From: Ruminococcus sp.
Lineage (GTDB): Bacteria; Bacillota; Clostridia; Oscillospirales; Acutalibacteraceae
NCBI GenBank assembly: GCA_017481885.1
Contig: JAFUOM010000084.1
Location: 7,959 to 71,958, forward strand
DNA: 64,000 bases
Reading direction: 5' to 3'
The position numbers were made by a program, and so were the translations under genes. Of the stretch, positions 29,255-39,770 are shown in pieces. Position 1 is the stretch's first letter; each line of letters starts with the position of its first letter. The notes under the pieces were generated by a model. That model did not search any database. It was not told where the DNA came from and was given only the letters and a program-made list of their open reading frames with translations.

Positions 29255-30178
29255 TTACGCAATGTCAAATAGTGTGTAGAGGTTTTCGTCTGAGTATTCA
29301 ATTTCACTTGAGAAAAGTCTTATAAGTTCGAGCTGTTCAGAGAGGTCAAAACTACCGCTTTTTGAGTAAATCATTGCACCAAGTGCACGCACAAGATTGT
29401 AAGCAAGCTTTACAAAACACGCTCTTAGTTGTGCCTCGAACAAGTCAGGAGAATTTGCAAAGTGGCGGTACACAAGGTAAACGCAAAACTGCTCGTACTC
29501 ACTTTGTCTGTCAGCCATATATGTGTCAAAAGCGTTAGTGTCGATAGTGTTTGTGCTTTCTTTCAGCTCTTTTATCAGTTTACCCCATTTATTGTCGAGC
29601 TGTTCAAGGCTCAAAAGTATGTCGCACAGCTCACTGATGCTGTATTCATTTCCCGTTGTACTGCAAAGAGAGAGCATATCGTCAATACGCTGAGCGATGT
29701 GCTTATCCCTGTTTTGCAAAACGTCAATCACCTTGTCACGCAGTAGGATAATCTCATCGTCTGTGGTGATATCTCCGTTGCTAATAAGTGTGCACTTTTC
29801 TTTTTGCGAAATGATGATTCTGCACGCTTCTTCACAGCAAAGTCCAAGACCGCTTTCGATTCTTTGTGGTAGCTCGTTGTGAAATCTCGGGTGCTGTGAG
29901 CAGATATCGCACAGCATGTCTTCACCTAAGGTTGTGATAATGTCGCACAGGTTTTTATCGTTCAAAAACGGGCAACGCTCATTGCTTAATAGCTTAAAAT
30001 GCGGTGTGTCATCTAGCTCAATATTGTCTTTCAGCCTTTTTGAAAAATCGCCCTCAACACAGTTGTAGTATTTAAGCGTGGTGTTGTCGATGTCGATTTC
30101 CCAACCGATACAGCAGTTGTGTTTGCACTTTGATGCGATGCATCTGAATTTTTCGTAATAATCAGGATAGATGTGCAT
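29255..30178 (-). CDS. FliB family lysine-N-methylase
   Basis: PDYY..F.C....C...CC.GWEI.ID, CPFL....LC, C.IC..HPR, LCCEEA, FSSEIEYS. Confidence 0.85.
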   Translation of the reverse strand: MHIYPDYYEKFRCIASKCKHNCCIGWEIDIDNTTLKYYNCVEGDFSKRLKDNIELDDTPHFKLLSNERCPFLNDKNLCDIITTLGEDMLCDICSQHPRFHNELPQRIESGLGLCCEEACRIIISQKEKCTLISNGDITTDDEIILLRDKVIDVLQNRDKHIAQRIDDMLSLCSTTGNEYSISELCDILLSLEQLDNKWGKLIKELKESTNTIDTNAFDTYMADRQSEYEQFCVYLVYRHFANSPDLFEAQLRACFVKLAYNLVRALGAMIYSKSGSFDLSEQLELIRLFSSEIEYSDENLYTLFDIA

Positions 30179-30180
30179 AT

Positions 30181-30696
30181 TTACCTTCCTTTGTACTCTT
30201 GTTTCAAAACCTCAGCCATTTCCTGCGGTGATTCTTTGCAACCACTATTGAGCCACATCTTGATGATAGCGTTCAGTCCGTTTCTGAAAAACTCAATGTG
30301 GTACTTTATGTACTGGTCGTTAAAGTCGTTTTTAGCTCTGCTTGTGTCGTAAACCTGAATTATGTGGCTTTCGTCGTACTGTAGCTTGAAGTATGTTTTG
30401 TAGAAAAGCTGGTTTTCATAGATTTGCGTGAACATTCTCAGCGCACCGTTTTTATCTTTGTTGTCGTAGTTTGCAAAAATGTTTGCAAAGTCATTTTCTA
30501 GCTTTTCGCGAAATTTGTCAGCAAGGTCGTATATGTCCAAAAAGTTAGCGTAAAAGGTGCTTCGGTTAAGCTGAGTTTTCTTGCAGATATCTGACACCGT
30601 GATGTCTTTTAGCTCTCGTTCCTGTAAAAGCTCTACAAAGGCTTTTTCTATTTTTTCGACCGATTCTCTGCGTCTTTTGTTGTTTTTAGTATTCAT
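30181..30696 (-). CDS. TetR/AcrR family regulator
   Basis: ITVSDICKKTQLNRSTFY HTH. Confidence 0.9.
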   Translation of the reverse strand: MNTKNNKRRRESVEKIEKAFVELLQERELKDITVSDICKKTQLNRSTFYANFLDIYDLADKFREKLENDFANIFANYDNKDKNGALRMFTQIYENQLFYKTYFKLQYDESHIIQVYDTSRAKNDFNDQYIKYHIEFFRNGLNAIIKMWLNSGCKESPQEMAEVLKQEYKGR

Positions 30697-30815
30697 AGCT
30701 GCTCCATTATTCCAACACTTGTTTAAAAATTGATGATTGTTTTTCGGCTTTTTTAAGTATTATAATTTAATTGCAATAAAAAGACAACTGTTGTTTTAAT
30801 GAGAGGAGAGTTTTT

Positions 30816-31184
30816 ATGAAAAAAAGTAGTTTTGTAGCATTGGTTTTGGGCACAGTAAGTGGAGTTTTGTTTGCACTAGGTATGTGTATGGCGTTGCTTC
30901 CTGAGTGGAATATGTTCACACAGGGTGTGGTGTTTGGCAGTGTTGGTGCGTTACTTGGACTGATTACTGTTTTTGTATGGCGAAAAATGGAGCGTAAACC
31001 CTCAATTAAGTTAAGCGGTAAAAATATTGTTGCTATTATCGTAGGCGTTGTCGGTGCACTTGTTTTAGGCGTGGGTATGTGCCTTTGCTTAGTGTGGGAG
31101 AGCTTTGTAGTAGGTACACTAGTCGGTTTGTGCGGTATTGTGATGCTTTTATCACTGATTCCGATTATTAAAGGTCTTAAATAA
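30816..31184 (+). CDS. Four-TM membrane protein
   Basis: Duplicated GMC..L.W helical hairpin; AGGAG RBS; divergent from TetR. Confidence 0.8.
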   Translation: MKKSSFVALVLGTVSGVLFALGMCMALLPEWNMFTQGVVFGSVGALLGLITVFVWRKMERKPSIKLSGKNIVAIIVGVVGALVLGVGMCLCLVWESFVVGTLVGLCGIVMLLSLIPIIKGLK

Positions 31185-31195
31185 GAGGTGAGTAT

Positions 31196-31399
31196 ATGGC
31201 AAAATCGAAAATTGTAAAAGGAATTAAAAGTATAGAAAAGAACGTAGTAAACGGCTACAAAATAATTGAGAACACCGTAGTCGGCGGGTACACAAAAATC
31301 GAAGACAAGTTTGTAGATGCATATCTGACAAAAGACGGCGAAACCGTTGAGCAGGCAAAGAAAAGGCTTAAACAAGAAACCGATGTTAACAAAAAGTAA
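31196..31399 (+). CDS. Small hypothetical protein
   Basis: Repeated IE..VV.GY.. motif; GAGGTG RBS. Confidence 0.7.
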   Translation: MAKSKIVKGIKSIEKNVVNGYKIIENTVVGGYTKIEDKFVDAYLTKDGETVEQAKKRLKQETDVNKK

Positions 31400-31435
31400 T
31401 TAAAACTAAAAGCGAGGCTTAATGCCCCGCTTTTT

Positions 31436-32305
31436 TTACTGCAGCAATTCTTTTTCAATCAGGTTAATCATAATCGAGGTGTTTAATTCCATCGCATCGA
31501 TAGGGTAGATGGTCTTAATGTAGCCGTGGTAAAACCTGTCTTTGACAAACTCCAAAATCTGAGCTTTGGTTTTGCCTTTTGCTAAAAGTTGTGCTATTTT
31601 TTCTGCTGTATCCTTTGTGGTTTCAAGAGCTTTGTCAAAGAACAGCTCAACCGTTTCATTTTGTATCAGTCCGTAATGCGGTAAAAGCATCTGCTCTACC
31701 TCAAGCTTTCGGGCTTTTTCGATTGACTGCAAGGTCATTTTGTAGCCAACCAGATACGACGGCACAACATCGTCTTTTGAGTTGAACACACCCAGTGTTT
31801 CGCTGGACAATAACAGCTTTTCTTCTTCACAGTAAAAGCCTACTGAGCATCTTGTGTGCCCCGGTAAAGCGATTACTTTAAAAGAATGGTCCCCTGTGTT
31901 TATTATGTCGCCGTCGTTAACCGCAATGTCAACGCTTAACTGGTCAATCAAATCTTCGTAGTCATCTACACCGCATTTTGTTGCAAATTTTCGGTCTAAA
32001 TCGCGCATAACGCTTTTGGCACTTTCTTTAGCGAAAATCTTTTCGGCGTAAGAAGATGCCACAATCTTTGCGTTTTTGTAGTGCTTTTTGACGTAAACTG
32101 CACCCAGTGCGTGGTCGTAGTGCGAGTGGGTCAGAAAGATGTAGTCAAGCTCTCTGTCTTTGAGTGCTGTTTTTATGCGCCCACAAACCTTGTCGCCTGT
32201 AAACGCAAAGCCACTGTCGTACAGTATTGCGGTTTTGCCGTCATCTAAAAGAAATGAGCTGTCCCCGGGTACTGCCCTGACGTCTGTTACTTTGAAATTA
32301 CTCAT
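31436..32305 (-). CDS. MBL-fold metallo-hydrolase
   Basis: THSHYDH, PGHT, PHYG. Confidence 0.88.
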   Translation of the reverse strand: MSNFKVTDVRAVPGDSSFLLDDGKTAILYDSGFAFTGDKVCGRIKTALKDRELDYIFLTHSHYDHALGAVYVKKHYKNAKIVASSYAEKIFAKESAKSVMRDLDRKFATKCGVDDYEDLIDQLSVDIAVNDGDIINTGDHSFKVIALPGHTRCSVGFYCEEEKLLLSSETLGVFNSKDDVVPSYLVGYKMTLQSIEKARKLEVEQMLLPHYGLIQNETVELFFDKALETTKDTAEKIAQLLAKGKTKAQILEFVKDRFYHGYIKTIYPIDAMELNTSIMINLIEKELLQ

Positions 32306-32475
32306 TTTTTCATCTCCATTAATGTTAACGCAAACATTTTACCACAATGCTTTAAATAACTCAATGGTTGCGTAGATAGCTGTATTTAACTTGTTGACAA
32401 CTCAACAACTACTTGAATTTTTTGTTAAACTGCTATATAATATTGTAGTAATTTTTATAAATCGGAGATTTTCTT

Positions 32476-33093
32476 ATGAATAATGTCAAGAGTATTGTTG
32501 CTAAAAATATAGCAGAACTCAGACTACTGAATAATATGACCCAGCTTGAGCTTGCGGCAAAGCTCAACTACTCTGATAAAACAATCTCTAAGTGGGAGCG
32601 TGGTGAGTCATCACCCGATATAGGGGTGCTGGTTGAGATTGCTGATTTGTTCGGTGTAACGCTCGACTATATGGTAAAAGACGAGAACATTGAAGAAAAG
32701 GTAGTTGAAAACAAACGCGTAGAGACAAAGTATAACCACAGGGTTATCACTTACATAAGTGAGGGCGCGGTGTGGTTTGTGGCGATTTTCGCTTTCATAA
32801 TCACTTCGCTGATTTCAAGTCAGGCAACCTTTCAGTGGCTGTATTTTATTTACGCTTTTCCGATTGTGTTGATTATCCGTCTGGTTTTCAACAGCGTGTG
32901 GTTTAATCCGCGACTTAATTATGTTATTATTTCGGCTTTGATGTGGTCAGTGCTTGCGGCGATTCACATAACATTCTGGTATTTCGGCATAAATGTAGCT
33001 TTGATTTATCTGCTTGGAATCGCAGGCGAGATTATCATTGTCCTGTGTGCATTCATCAAAAAGCCTAAGAAAAAGAGCGAGCCTCAAGTATAA
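32476..33093 (+). CDS. XRE-family HTH protein with C-terminal TM helices
   Basis: MTQLELAAKLNYSDKTISKWERGES plus about 4 TM segments. Confidence 0.88.
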   Translation: MNNVKSIVAKNIAELRLLNNMTQLELAAKLNYSDKTISKWERGESSPDIGVLVEIADLFGVTLDYMVKDENIEEKVVENKRVETKYNHRVITYISEGAVWFVAIFAFIITSLISSQATFQWLYFIYAFPIVLIIRLVFNSVWFNPRLNYVIISALMWSVLAAIHITFWYFGINVALIYLLGIAGEIIIVLCAFIKKPKKKSEPQV

Positions 33094-33355
33094 CAATGGA
33101 TAATTGAACAATGTAAACTTAATGTTGAACTTTGAAAAAGCTGGAGTTTCAGCACTTTAAAATTTAACATCTTGTCACACAACACCTCGTTTTTACTGTA
33201 AAAACGGGGTGTTTTTGCGTCTCTACTAAACGGAGAGTGGGGCGTAGAGTGGCTCTACGGCTGAGTTTTTAAAGAGGAGAGCCGTTTCTACAACATTTAG
33301 CTTTAGTTTTTAAAAACGCGTGTGTATAATGACCCTTGAAAAAGGAGGGGATGAC

Positions 33356-34159
33356 TTGAACATCCTTTACTGCGGTGACCAAAACATAACTCAAGGGGTG
33401 CTTATGTCTACTTTGTCACTGTGCAAACACTGTAACAAAAAACTAAATATATACATACTTACGGCAACGGTTGGTAATCACAAAGCAATTGAGCGTGAGT
33501 TTGCAGTAACTCTCGAAAAAGAAGTTCAAAGTGTAAACGAAAACAGCACGGTGACCTTACTTGACTTAAGCGAAAAGTTTCACTCGTATCTGCCGGTAGC
33601 TAATATGAACACACGCTTCACTCCGCTGTGTATGTTAAGGCTTTTTGCAGATGAAGTAGCCGAGCTTCCTGACAAGCTGTTGTATCTTGATACAGACGTT
33701 ATGTGCAGAAAGGATATTTCGTCTCTATACAATACCGATATCGAGGATGTCGAAATTATGGGTGTACCCGACAGATACGGCAAGTGGTTTTTCGGTAATG
33801 TTTTAAAGCACGATTATCTGAATTCAGGCGTGCTGTTGCTTAATATGAAATACATAAGAGAAAGCGGACTATTTTTAAAATGCAGACAGATGTGCCGTGA
33901 TAAAAAGATGTTTATGCCTGACCAGTCGGCACTTAACAAGCTTGCAAATAAACGTAAGCTACCTGATATATATAACTAGCAGGGAAAGATAAAACCTGAC
34001 ACAGTTTTAAAGCACTTTACAACGTTCTTCAAATTTCTGCCGTATTTTCGAGCGGTGACAATCAAGCCGTGGGATGAAGATAAATTACACAGTCAGCTTC
34101 ATGTTTTCGAGTTTGACGATATTATAAACAAAGCAAAAGGAGTATATGAAAATGAATAG
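33356..34159 (+). pseudogene. GT8 glycosyltransferase interrupted by an in-frame TAG at 33977-33979
   Basis: TTG start after AGGAGG; YLDTD, YLNSGVLLLN, PDQSALN; frame continues past TAG as QGKIKPDTVLKHFT...KPW...ENE* with the GT8 H..KPW motif. Confidence 0.8.
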
Positions 34160-35105
34160 AGAAATCCCAATCTTTTTTACAATTGACAACGGTTACGCAC
34201 CATATTTAGCAGTAGCCCTCAATTCAGCTATCAAAAATTCAAGCAAAGACAGAAACTACAAAGCTATTGTTTTGCACGAAGGCTTGACTGACGAAAATAA
34301 GGAAAAGCTGAGTTCACTTCAGACAGAGAATTTCAAAATAGAGCTGACAGAAATGAAAGCAAATTTTGAGGCTTTAGACGACAGAATGAGCAATCGTCTG
34401 CGTTGTGATTATTTCACATTGACAATTTATTTCAGACTTTTCATCCCTGCAATGTTCCCACAGTATGATAAGGGTATTTACATCGACTCCGACGTTGTTT
34501 GTACAACTGACCTTGCAAAGCTTTATGATATCGAAATCGGTGACAACTTCATCGGTGCGTGCAACGACCTTTCAATCGCAGATATCCCGCCGCTTGTTTC
34601 ATACACGGAAAATGCAGTTGGTGTTAAAAAGCACGAATACATAAACTCAGGTGTACTGCTTATGAACCTCAAAAAGATGCGTGAGTGTGACTTTGAGGGA
34701 CATTTTTTGAATCTTTTAAACGAGTATCATTTTGATTCTATCGCACCAGACCAGGACTACTTAAACGCAATCTGCAACGGTAAGATTTACTACCTTGATG
34801 AGTCCTGGGACGCTATGCCAAACGACAAAAAGCCACCGCTTTCAAACACAAACGTAATTCATTACAATCTTTTTTCAAAGCCATGGTGTTACGACGGTGT
34901 ACAGTACAGCGAGCAGTTCTGGAGTTATGCTAAGGACAGTGGATATTTAGACGAAATCAAAGCACACAAAAAAGCGTACTCCAGCGAGCAGAAAAAGGCA
35001 GACAGCGAGTGCTTGGAGCTTTTAGTCAAAAGAGGTATGGAAATCCCAAAAAACGAGATTACGTTTAAAAAGATGAACGAGAGTGGGGTTAAAGTAAGAC
35101 TATGA
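34146..35105 (+). CDS. GT8 glycosyltransferase
   Basis: YFRLFIP, YIDSD, YINSGVLLMN, DQDYLN, HYNLFSKPW. Confidence 0.92.
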   Translation: MKMNREIPIFFTIDNGYAPYLAVALNSAIKNSSKDRNYKAIVLHEGLTDENKEKLSSLQTENFKIELTEMKANFEALDDRMSNRLRCDYFTLTIYFRLFIPAMFPQYDKGIYIDSDVVCTTDLAKLYDIEIGDNFIGACNDLSIADIPPLVSYTENAVGVKKHEYINSGVLLMNLKKMRECDFEGHFLNLLNEYHFDSIAPDQDYLNAICNGKIYYLDESWDAMPNDKKPPLSNTNVIHYNLFSKPWCYDGVQYSEQFWSYAKDSGYLDEIKAHKKAYSSEQKKADSECLELLVKRGMEIPKNEITFKKMNESGVKVRL

Positions 35106-35965
35106 TTATAGGAGATAACCGAGAAGCTGTTATAAAGAATATAAAGAATTTTGCACAAAGCGGAGAATTTCACAACAAGGTCGAGCTTAACGACCCTGTT
35201 TTAACCCCTGAGCAAAACAGAGAGATAACACGCTTATTTATTGAAAACCGCACAAGTATGCTGTATAAGCTCAAATCAGCCGTAGCGGTTGCTATTGCAA
35301 AGACAGCAACTAAGATAATCAATAAGGATACAGAAATTGTGGGCATTGAAAAAATCCCAAAAGACATCGGTGGTGCCCTTATTACAAGCAACCATTTCAG
35401 TCCGATTGAAAACACCGTAATACGCCACCTGACTAATAATCTGAAAAGAAAACACTTAGGAATTATCAGCCAGACAACAAATTTTGCGATGGACGGCATC
35501 ATCGGCTTTCTTATGAACTACACAGACACTATTCCGATTTCGACCGAGCCGAGATATCTCGCTCGTGACTTTTTGTCTGTGTTAAAGGAAAAGCTCGTCG
35601 ACAAAAGAGAGATGGTTCTGCTTTATCCCGAGCAGGAAATGTGGTTTAACTACCGCAAACCTCGTCCGCCCAAAAACGGAGCTTACTTTTACTCTGCAAA
35701 GCTTAATGTTCCGATAATCTCCTGTTTTGTCGAGATGGTTGATATGGATGATGACGACACTGCTGAGTTTAAAAAGGTCAAGTATATTCTCCACGTTCTG
35801 GATGTGCTCTATCCTGATACAAATAAAACTCCTAAGGAGAATACCGAGCTTCTCTCTCAAATGGATTACAACTTAAAGAAAGAGTGCTATGAAAAGGTTT
35901 ACTCAAAAGAGCTTACCTATGACTTTGAGCCTACAGACATAGCAGGCTGGAAAAAAGCACTATGA
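35102..35965 (+). CDS. Lysophospholipid acyltransferase (LPLAT) family protein
   Basis: SNHFSPIE (HX4E variant), YPEQEMW. Confidence 0.8.
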   Translation: MIIGDNREAVIKNIKNFAQSGEFHNKVELNDPVLTPEQNREITRLFIENRTSMLYKLKSAVAVAIAKTATKIINKDTEIVGIEKIPKDIGGALITSNHFSPIENTVIRHLTNNLKRKHLGIISQTTNFAMDGIIGFLMNYTDTIPISTEPRYLARDFLSVLKEKLVDKREMVLLYPEQEMWFNYRKPRPPKNGAYFYSAKLNVPIISCFVEMVDMDDDDTAEFKKVKYILHVLDVLYPDTNKTPKENTELLSQMDYNLKKECYEKVYSKELTYDFEPTDIAGWKKAL

Positions 35966-36729
35966 AAGCAAAAGAAGAAAAAATAAGGTACTATAAAGAA
36001 TTCACAGACGATTTCGAAGAAACCGCCAACCAGAATTTTGAACTTGATAGTAACTACAAATGGGTAAGAACGGATTTCAAATCAAAGGTGCTTTCATTTT
36101 TGATTTACTCATTTGCGTTGCTGTTCTCAAGCATTTATTGTCCTTTGTTTTTGCATATGCGAGTAAAAGGCAGAAAAAATCTCAAAGGTATCAAAGGCGG
36201 ATTTTTTATTTACGGTAACCACACCCAGCCGTTCGGTGATGTGTTTATTCCTGCTTTGACGGTGTTTCCAAGACGCATTTACACAGTAGTCAGCCCTGCA
36301 AACTACGGCATCCCTGTTATCGGGAACATCCTGCCGTACTTAGGAGCACTGCCGATTGTTGATTCAATCAAAGGCTTTAAAGAGCTGTCTGTTGCAATGA
36401 AGCAACGGCTTGAAAAATCGCACCCTATTGTGATTTATCCTGAAGCTCACGTGTGGGAATACTGCACCACTATTCGTCCGTTCCCAGATACGTCGTTCAA
36501 ATTCCCCGTCAAGTTTGAAGTCCCTGTTTTCGCAATGACCGTTACATATAAAAAGAGCAGGTTTTACAAAAAGCCTAAGATGACGGTGTACCTTGATGGT
36601 CCGTTTTACGGCGAGGGAAACACAGCTAAAGAGAAAGTAAAAAACCTGCATCAAAAGGTGTACAGCACAATGGTAAATCGTAGTCAGGAAAGCAACTTTG
36701 AGTACATCAAGTACCGAAAGTTGAAGTAA
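35962..36729 (+). CDS. Lysophospholipid acyltransferase (LPLAT) family protein
   Basis: GNHTQPFGD, IYPEAH. Confidence 0.8.
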   Translation: MKAKEEKIRYYKEFTDDFEETANQNFELDSNYKWVRTDFKSKVLSFLIYSFALLFSSIYCPLFLHMRVKGRKNLKGIKGGFFIYGNHTQPFGDVFIPALTVFPRRIYTVVSPANYGIPVIGNILPYLGALPIVDSIKGFKELSVAMKQRLEKSHPIVIYPEAHVWEYCTTIRPFPDTSFKFPVKFEVPVFAMTVTYKKSRFYKKPKMTVYLDGPFYGEGNTAKEKVKNLHQKVYSTMVNRSQESNFEYIKYRKLK

Positions 36730-36797
36730 TTTTTCTCAAAAAGGGTGACAAAGTTATTCTTATGTGATATCCTATCCATAGAAACGGAGGCATCACT

Positions 36798-37190
36798 ATG
36801 GCTAACAAAGACACTACCGCTTATGTATGGACAGAAAGAAAGAGAACACTTTTCGGCTTACCGCTGAGCTTCACTGTTTATAAGTTAACAGACGAAAAGC
36901 TCTACATCGAGTCAGGCTTTCTTTCAAAAAAGGAAGAAGAAATCAGACTTTATCGCATTATGGACTTAACTTTAAATATGCCTTTAGGTCAGCGACTCTT
37001 CGGCTTGGGCACAATCCACTGCTGTACAGCAGACAAATCTACTCCTGAGTTTGACATCTGCAACATCAAAAACTCAAGAGAAGTCAAGAATATGCTTTCT
37101 GATATGATTGAAAAAGAGCGTCAGGCAAAGCGTATTACAGGCAGAGAGTATATGGATGACGACGTTGCTGACTACGGCGACCACTTCTGA
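36798..37190 (+). CDS. Bacterial PH-domain protein
   Basis: Y.LT...L...SG.L....EI.LYRI.D.....LGQRLFGLGTI. Confidence 0.82.
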   Translation: MANKDTTAYVWTERKRTLFGLPLSFTVYKLTDEKLYIESGFLSKKEEEIRLYRIMDLTLNMPLGQRLFGLGTIHCCTADKSTPEFDICNIKNSREVKNMLSDMIEKERQAKRITGREYMDDDVADYGDHF

Positions 37191-37257
37191 TAAAACTACA
37201 TATTTGTAAAAGCAAAGGCAGAACTGCAAAAAAACAGTTCTGCCTTGTTTTTTTATA

Positions 37258-38685
37258 CTACTTTGTGTATGTCAGCGTGTAATCTTCAATCGTCAGTTCT
37301 TGTAGTACGGAGCAATACATTATGCATATACAATCGTATGTTCCGCCGTCTTGTGGCACAGTGTTATATTCATCGGTGTCTGAGTTGTATGTAACAACGT
37401 AATCGTGCTTAGCAGGGATGTAGCTTGCAGATGCAATATAGTAAACATCGTTTGGCATAGTGCTCAGCCACCTGTCGTCTGCCTTGATTTCTTTAAGCAG
37501 TTGTATATTCTCAACATCGTTAAACCTTACTTTGGTGACAAATTGAGTTTTTCGATTCGGGTCTGTTGACGTTCCCATTCTCAAGTCCTGAGTAGCGATG
37601 CTCCTGTACTGTGGAATGTCGATGTCCATCACTTGCTCCGCTTGCAGTATAAGTTTGTCGTTTTCTGAGTACATATTTTTGAATATGAACGAGAACGAGC
37701 CGAAAGCACAGCATAAACCAAAAACTATAAAACCGGCGATAACATTTTTAAGGTATTTGTAGCCTTTGCGTTTAAGAAAATAGCCGTAAACAATGGATGC
37801 TATCGGGATAGGAGTAAGAATGTAGAAAACCCACATATATTTTGGTGAGGATAATCCATCACCGTCAAGGAGTGCAACAAGTCCCATACCAATATACAAA
37901 GTCAGCAAAGTTATAATAAATAGCAGGATGGAAATTACTCTGTGTTTGTCTGAGCTTTTTTGTACTTTTACTTTTAAAGGGTTATTACTTTTGTATCTCA
38001 AAAATGCTGAGTCGCAGTTGAGCACATCCTTTTTTATCGGGTAAAGCTGTCCGTTGACCAGAAGCTCAATATGAGTTTTGTAATCTATAACCTGTTCAAT
38101 TGATGAATACATTACTTTCTGCGTTTGCACTGTTTCACCGTTTTTCGTGATTTCCAAGGTGAAGTGTTCATCAAAAGTTTTATATATGTACACGCACTTT
38201 GGAATACGTTCAACAATATTTATTGAGGCTTTCTTCATTCTTTTGAGTGCTTGCAGGAACAATACAGAAAACACAAAAAGCACTCCGACAAGAAAACCGC
38301 TGACACCAGCATAGGTGTTATTGAATATTGAGTATGCAAGAAAGAGAGAAATCAAAGTGAAGAAAATAATCATTTTGTTACTAAACGAGGTGGCTTTACT
38401 TTTTTGGATTTCTGCTATTTCGTTATCAGAGAAGGAAAATTCGTACCGCTCCAGTAACTCTGGTTCAGGTGTGTTTTTCTTAGCAATTGCTTCAAGCCCC
38501 AACAGCTCATCAACGGAAACGTCAAAGATTTCCTTGAGGCGGATTAAGTTGTCAGTGGTTGGAACGGTCTGACCCTTTTCCCATTGACTGATAGTCTGCC
38601 TGCTGACAAGGAGTTTTTGTCCCAAATCTTCCTGAGACATACTAAGCCTTTTTCTGTGATATTGAATGATTTCGCCTGTTGTCAT
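37258..38685 (-). CDS. XRE-HTH membrane protein with YcxB-like domain
   Basis: MSQEDLGQKLLVSRQTISQWEKG HTH, several TM helices, soluble C-terminal domain. Confidence 0.8.
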   Translation of the reverse strand: MTTGEIIQYHRKRLSMSQEDLGQKLLVSRQTISQWEKGQTVPTTDNLIRLKEIFDVSVDELLGLEAIAKKNTPEPELLERYEFSFSDNEIAEIQKSKATSFSNKMIIFFTLISLFLAYSIFNNTYAGVSGFLVGVLFVFSVLFLQALKRMKKASINIVERIPKCVYIYKTFDEHFTLEITKNGETVQTQKVMYSSIEQVIDYKTHIELLVNGQLYPIKKDVLNCDSAFLRYKSNNPLKVKVQKSSDKHRVISILLFIITLLTLYIGMGLVALLDGDGLSSPKYMWVFYILTPIPIASIVYGYFLKRKGYKYLKNVIAGFIVFGLCCAFGSFSFIFKNMYSENDKLILQAEQVMDIDIPQYRSIATQDLRMGTSTDPNRKTQFVTKVRFNDVENIQLLKEIKADDRWLSTMPNDVYYIASASYIPAKHDYVVTYNSDTDEYNTVPQDGGTYDCICIMYCSVLQELTIEDYTLTYTK

Positions 38686-38816
38686 AGCTGTCCCTCCAGT
38701 TTGGTTTTATTATATAGCACGCCCTTGAAAAAGCAAAGCATAACTTACTTGATTTTGTCAAGTGTCGCTTGCAACGGCTTGCCTAAGCCAAAAATCGACA
38801 CTTTTAATTTGCGACA

Positions 38817-39770
38817 CTACTTTGAAAGATAGTGAAGATAATCGTTGTATGTGTAATAGTCCTTGGTTTGAGGTTCGTAGTTTTCGCAGGTGTCTGTTAC
38901 GTGTCTGGTGAGTTCTTCTAAGTTGTCAGAACTCATATTGTCAAACTGCTTGCACATATCTTCCTTTGAGTTGATAGCCTTATCTTTTGTGCAAAAGATT
39001 TTGCCCTGTTCATTGCCGTATGGACAAAAATTACCGTGTCGGCACGTTATACAGCACCTTAGTGTTACACCATCATCAAGCTGTTTTTGCAAATCGGCAA
39101 AAGCGTCTGCAAAGCAATAATCTGTGCCGTGTCCCCATATTGCTTTTTCTTTGTACTTAATTCCAACATTGACCGAAGGAGCTTTTTCGAGTTCACCGTT
39201 ATAATACACATCTTCCTCGTGAGTGATGATGTACATAATAGTCTCAAGCTTTCCTGTCGGCGTTTCAAGAATTATATTATGCTTATATTGTCTGTGCAGT
39301 TCATACCAAGCTTTTTTTAGGTACTCATCCCATTCCACGGTGACATCAGCAAAGGAAAATCCAACAAAGAACATTTCGTTTCCACAGGTGCTCATTTCAA
39401 TGGCGGTTCTGCCCGATTTGTGTGTAACATCAATGCAGTTTATATCGACACCTTTTTTTAGTGCGTCCAGCAAGCGATTGCGGGCTTCTTCACTTTTATA
39501 AATTACCTTCTCTTTGTCTGTGTAATAGTTTCCGTTTTCGTCGATTTTGTATCCTACCATCGGTTCAAGATAGTTAATCTCAATCTCATCAAAGGTCATA
39601 ACAGCGGATTTTATCTCTATATCATACTCAAACGGGTTTTCTTTTGACTCTTTACTGATATTTAAGTGACTGACATTGACAACCAGAGTTTTTTGGTCAT
39701 AATTTTTCAGTCTAAGTTCAGCATCGTGGAACGAAAAAACATCAAGGTCATTTTTTATTATATGGTTCAT
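38817..39770 (-). CDS. Hypothetical two-domain protein with a Cys-rich C-terminus
   Basis: N-terminal FSFHD domain; C-terminal CCITCRHGNFCPYG...FC...C; GAGG RBS. Confidence 0.7.
   Translation of the reverse strand: MNHIIKNDLDVFSFHDAELRLKNYDQKTLVVNVSHLNISKESKENPFEYDIEIKSAVMTFDEIEINYLEPMVGYKIDENGNYYTDKEKVIYKSEEARNRLLDALKKGVDINCIDVTHKSGRTAIEMSTCGNEMFFVGFSFADVTVEWDEYLKKAWYELHRQYKHNIILETPTGKLETIMYIITHEEDVYYNGELEKAPSVNVGIKYKEKAIWGHGTDYCFADAFADLQKQLDDGVTLRCCITCRHGNFCPYGNEQGKIFCTKDKAINSKEDMCKQFDNMSSDNLEELTRHVTDTCENYEPQTKDYYTYNDYLHYLSK

Noticed and set aside
33977-33979. Amber recoding or pyrrolysine
   Set aside because: TAG is a normal stop elsewhere (e.g. 24378-24380); no pyl genes or suppressor tRNA in the window
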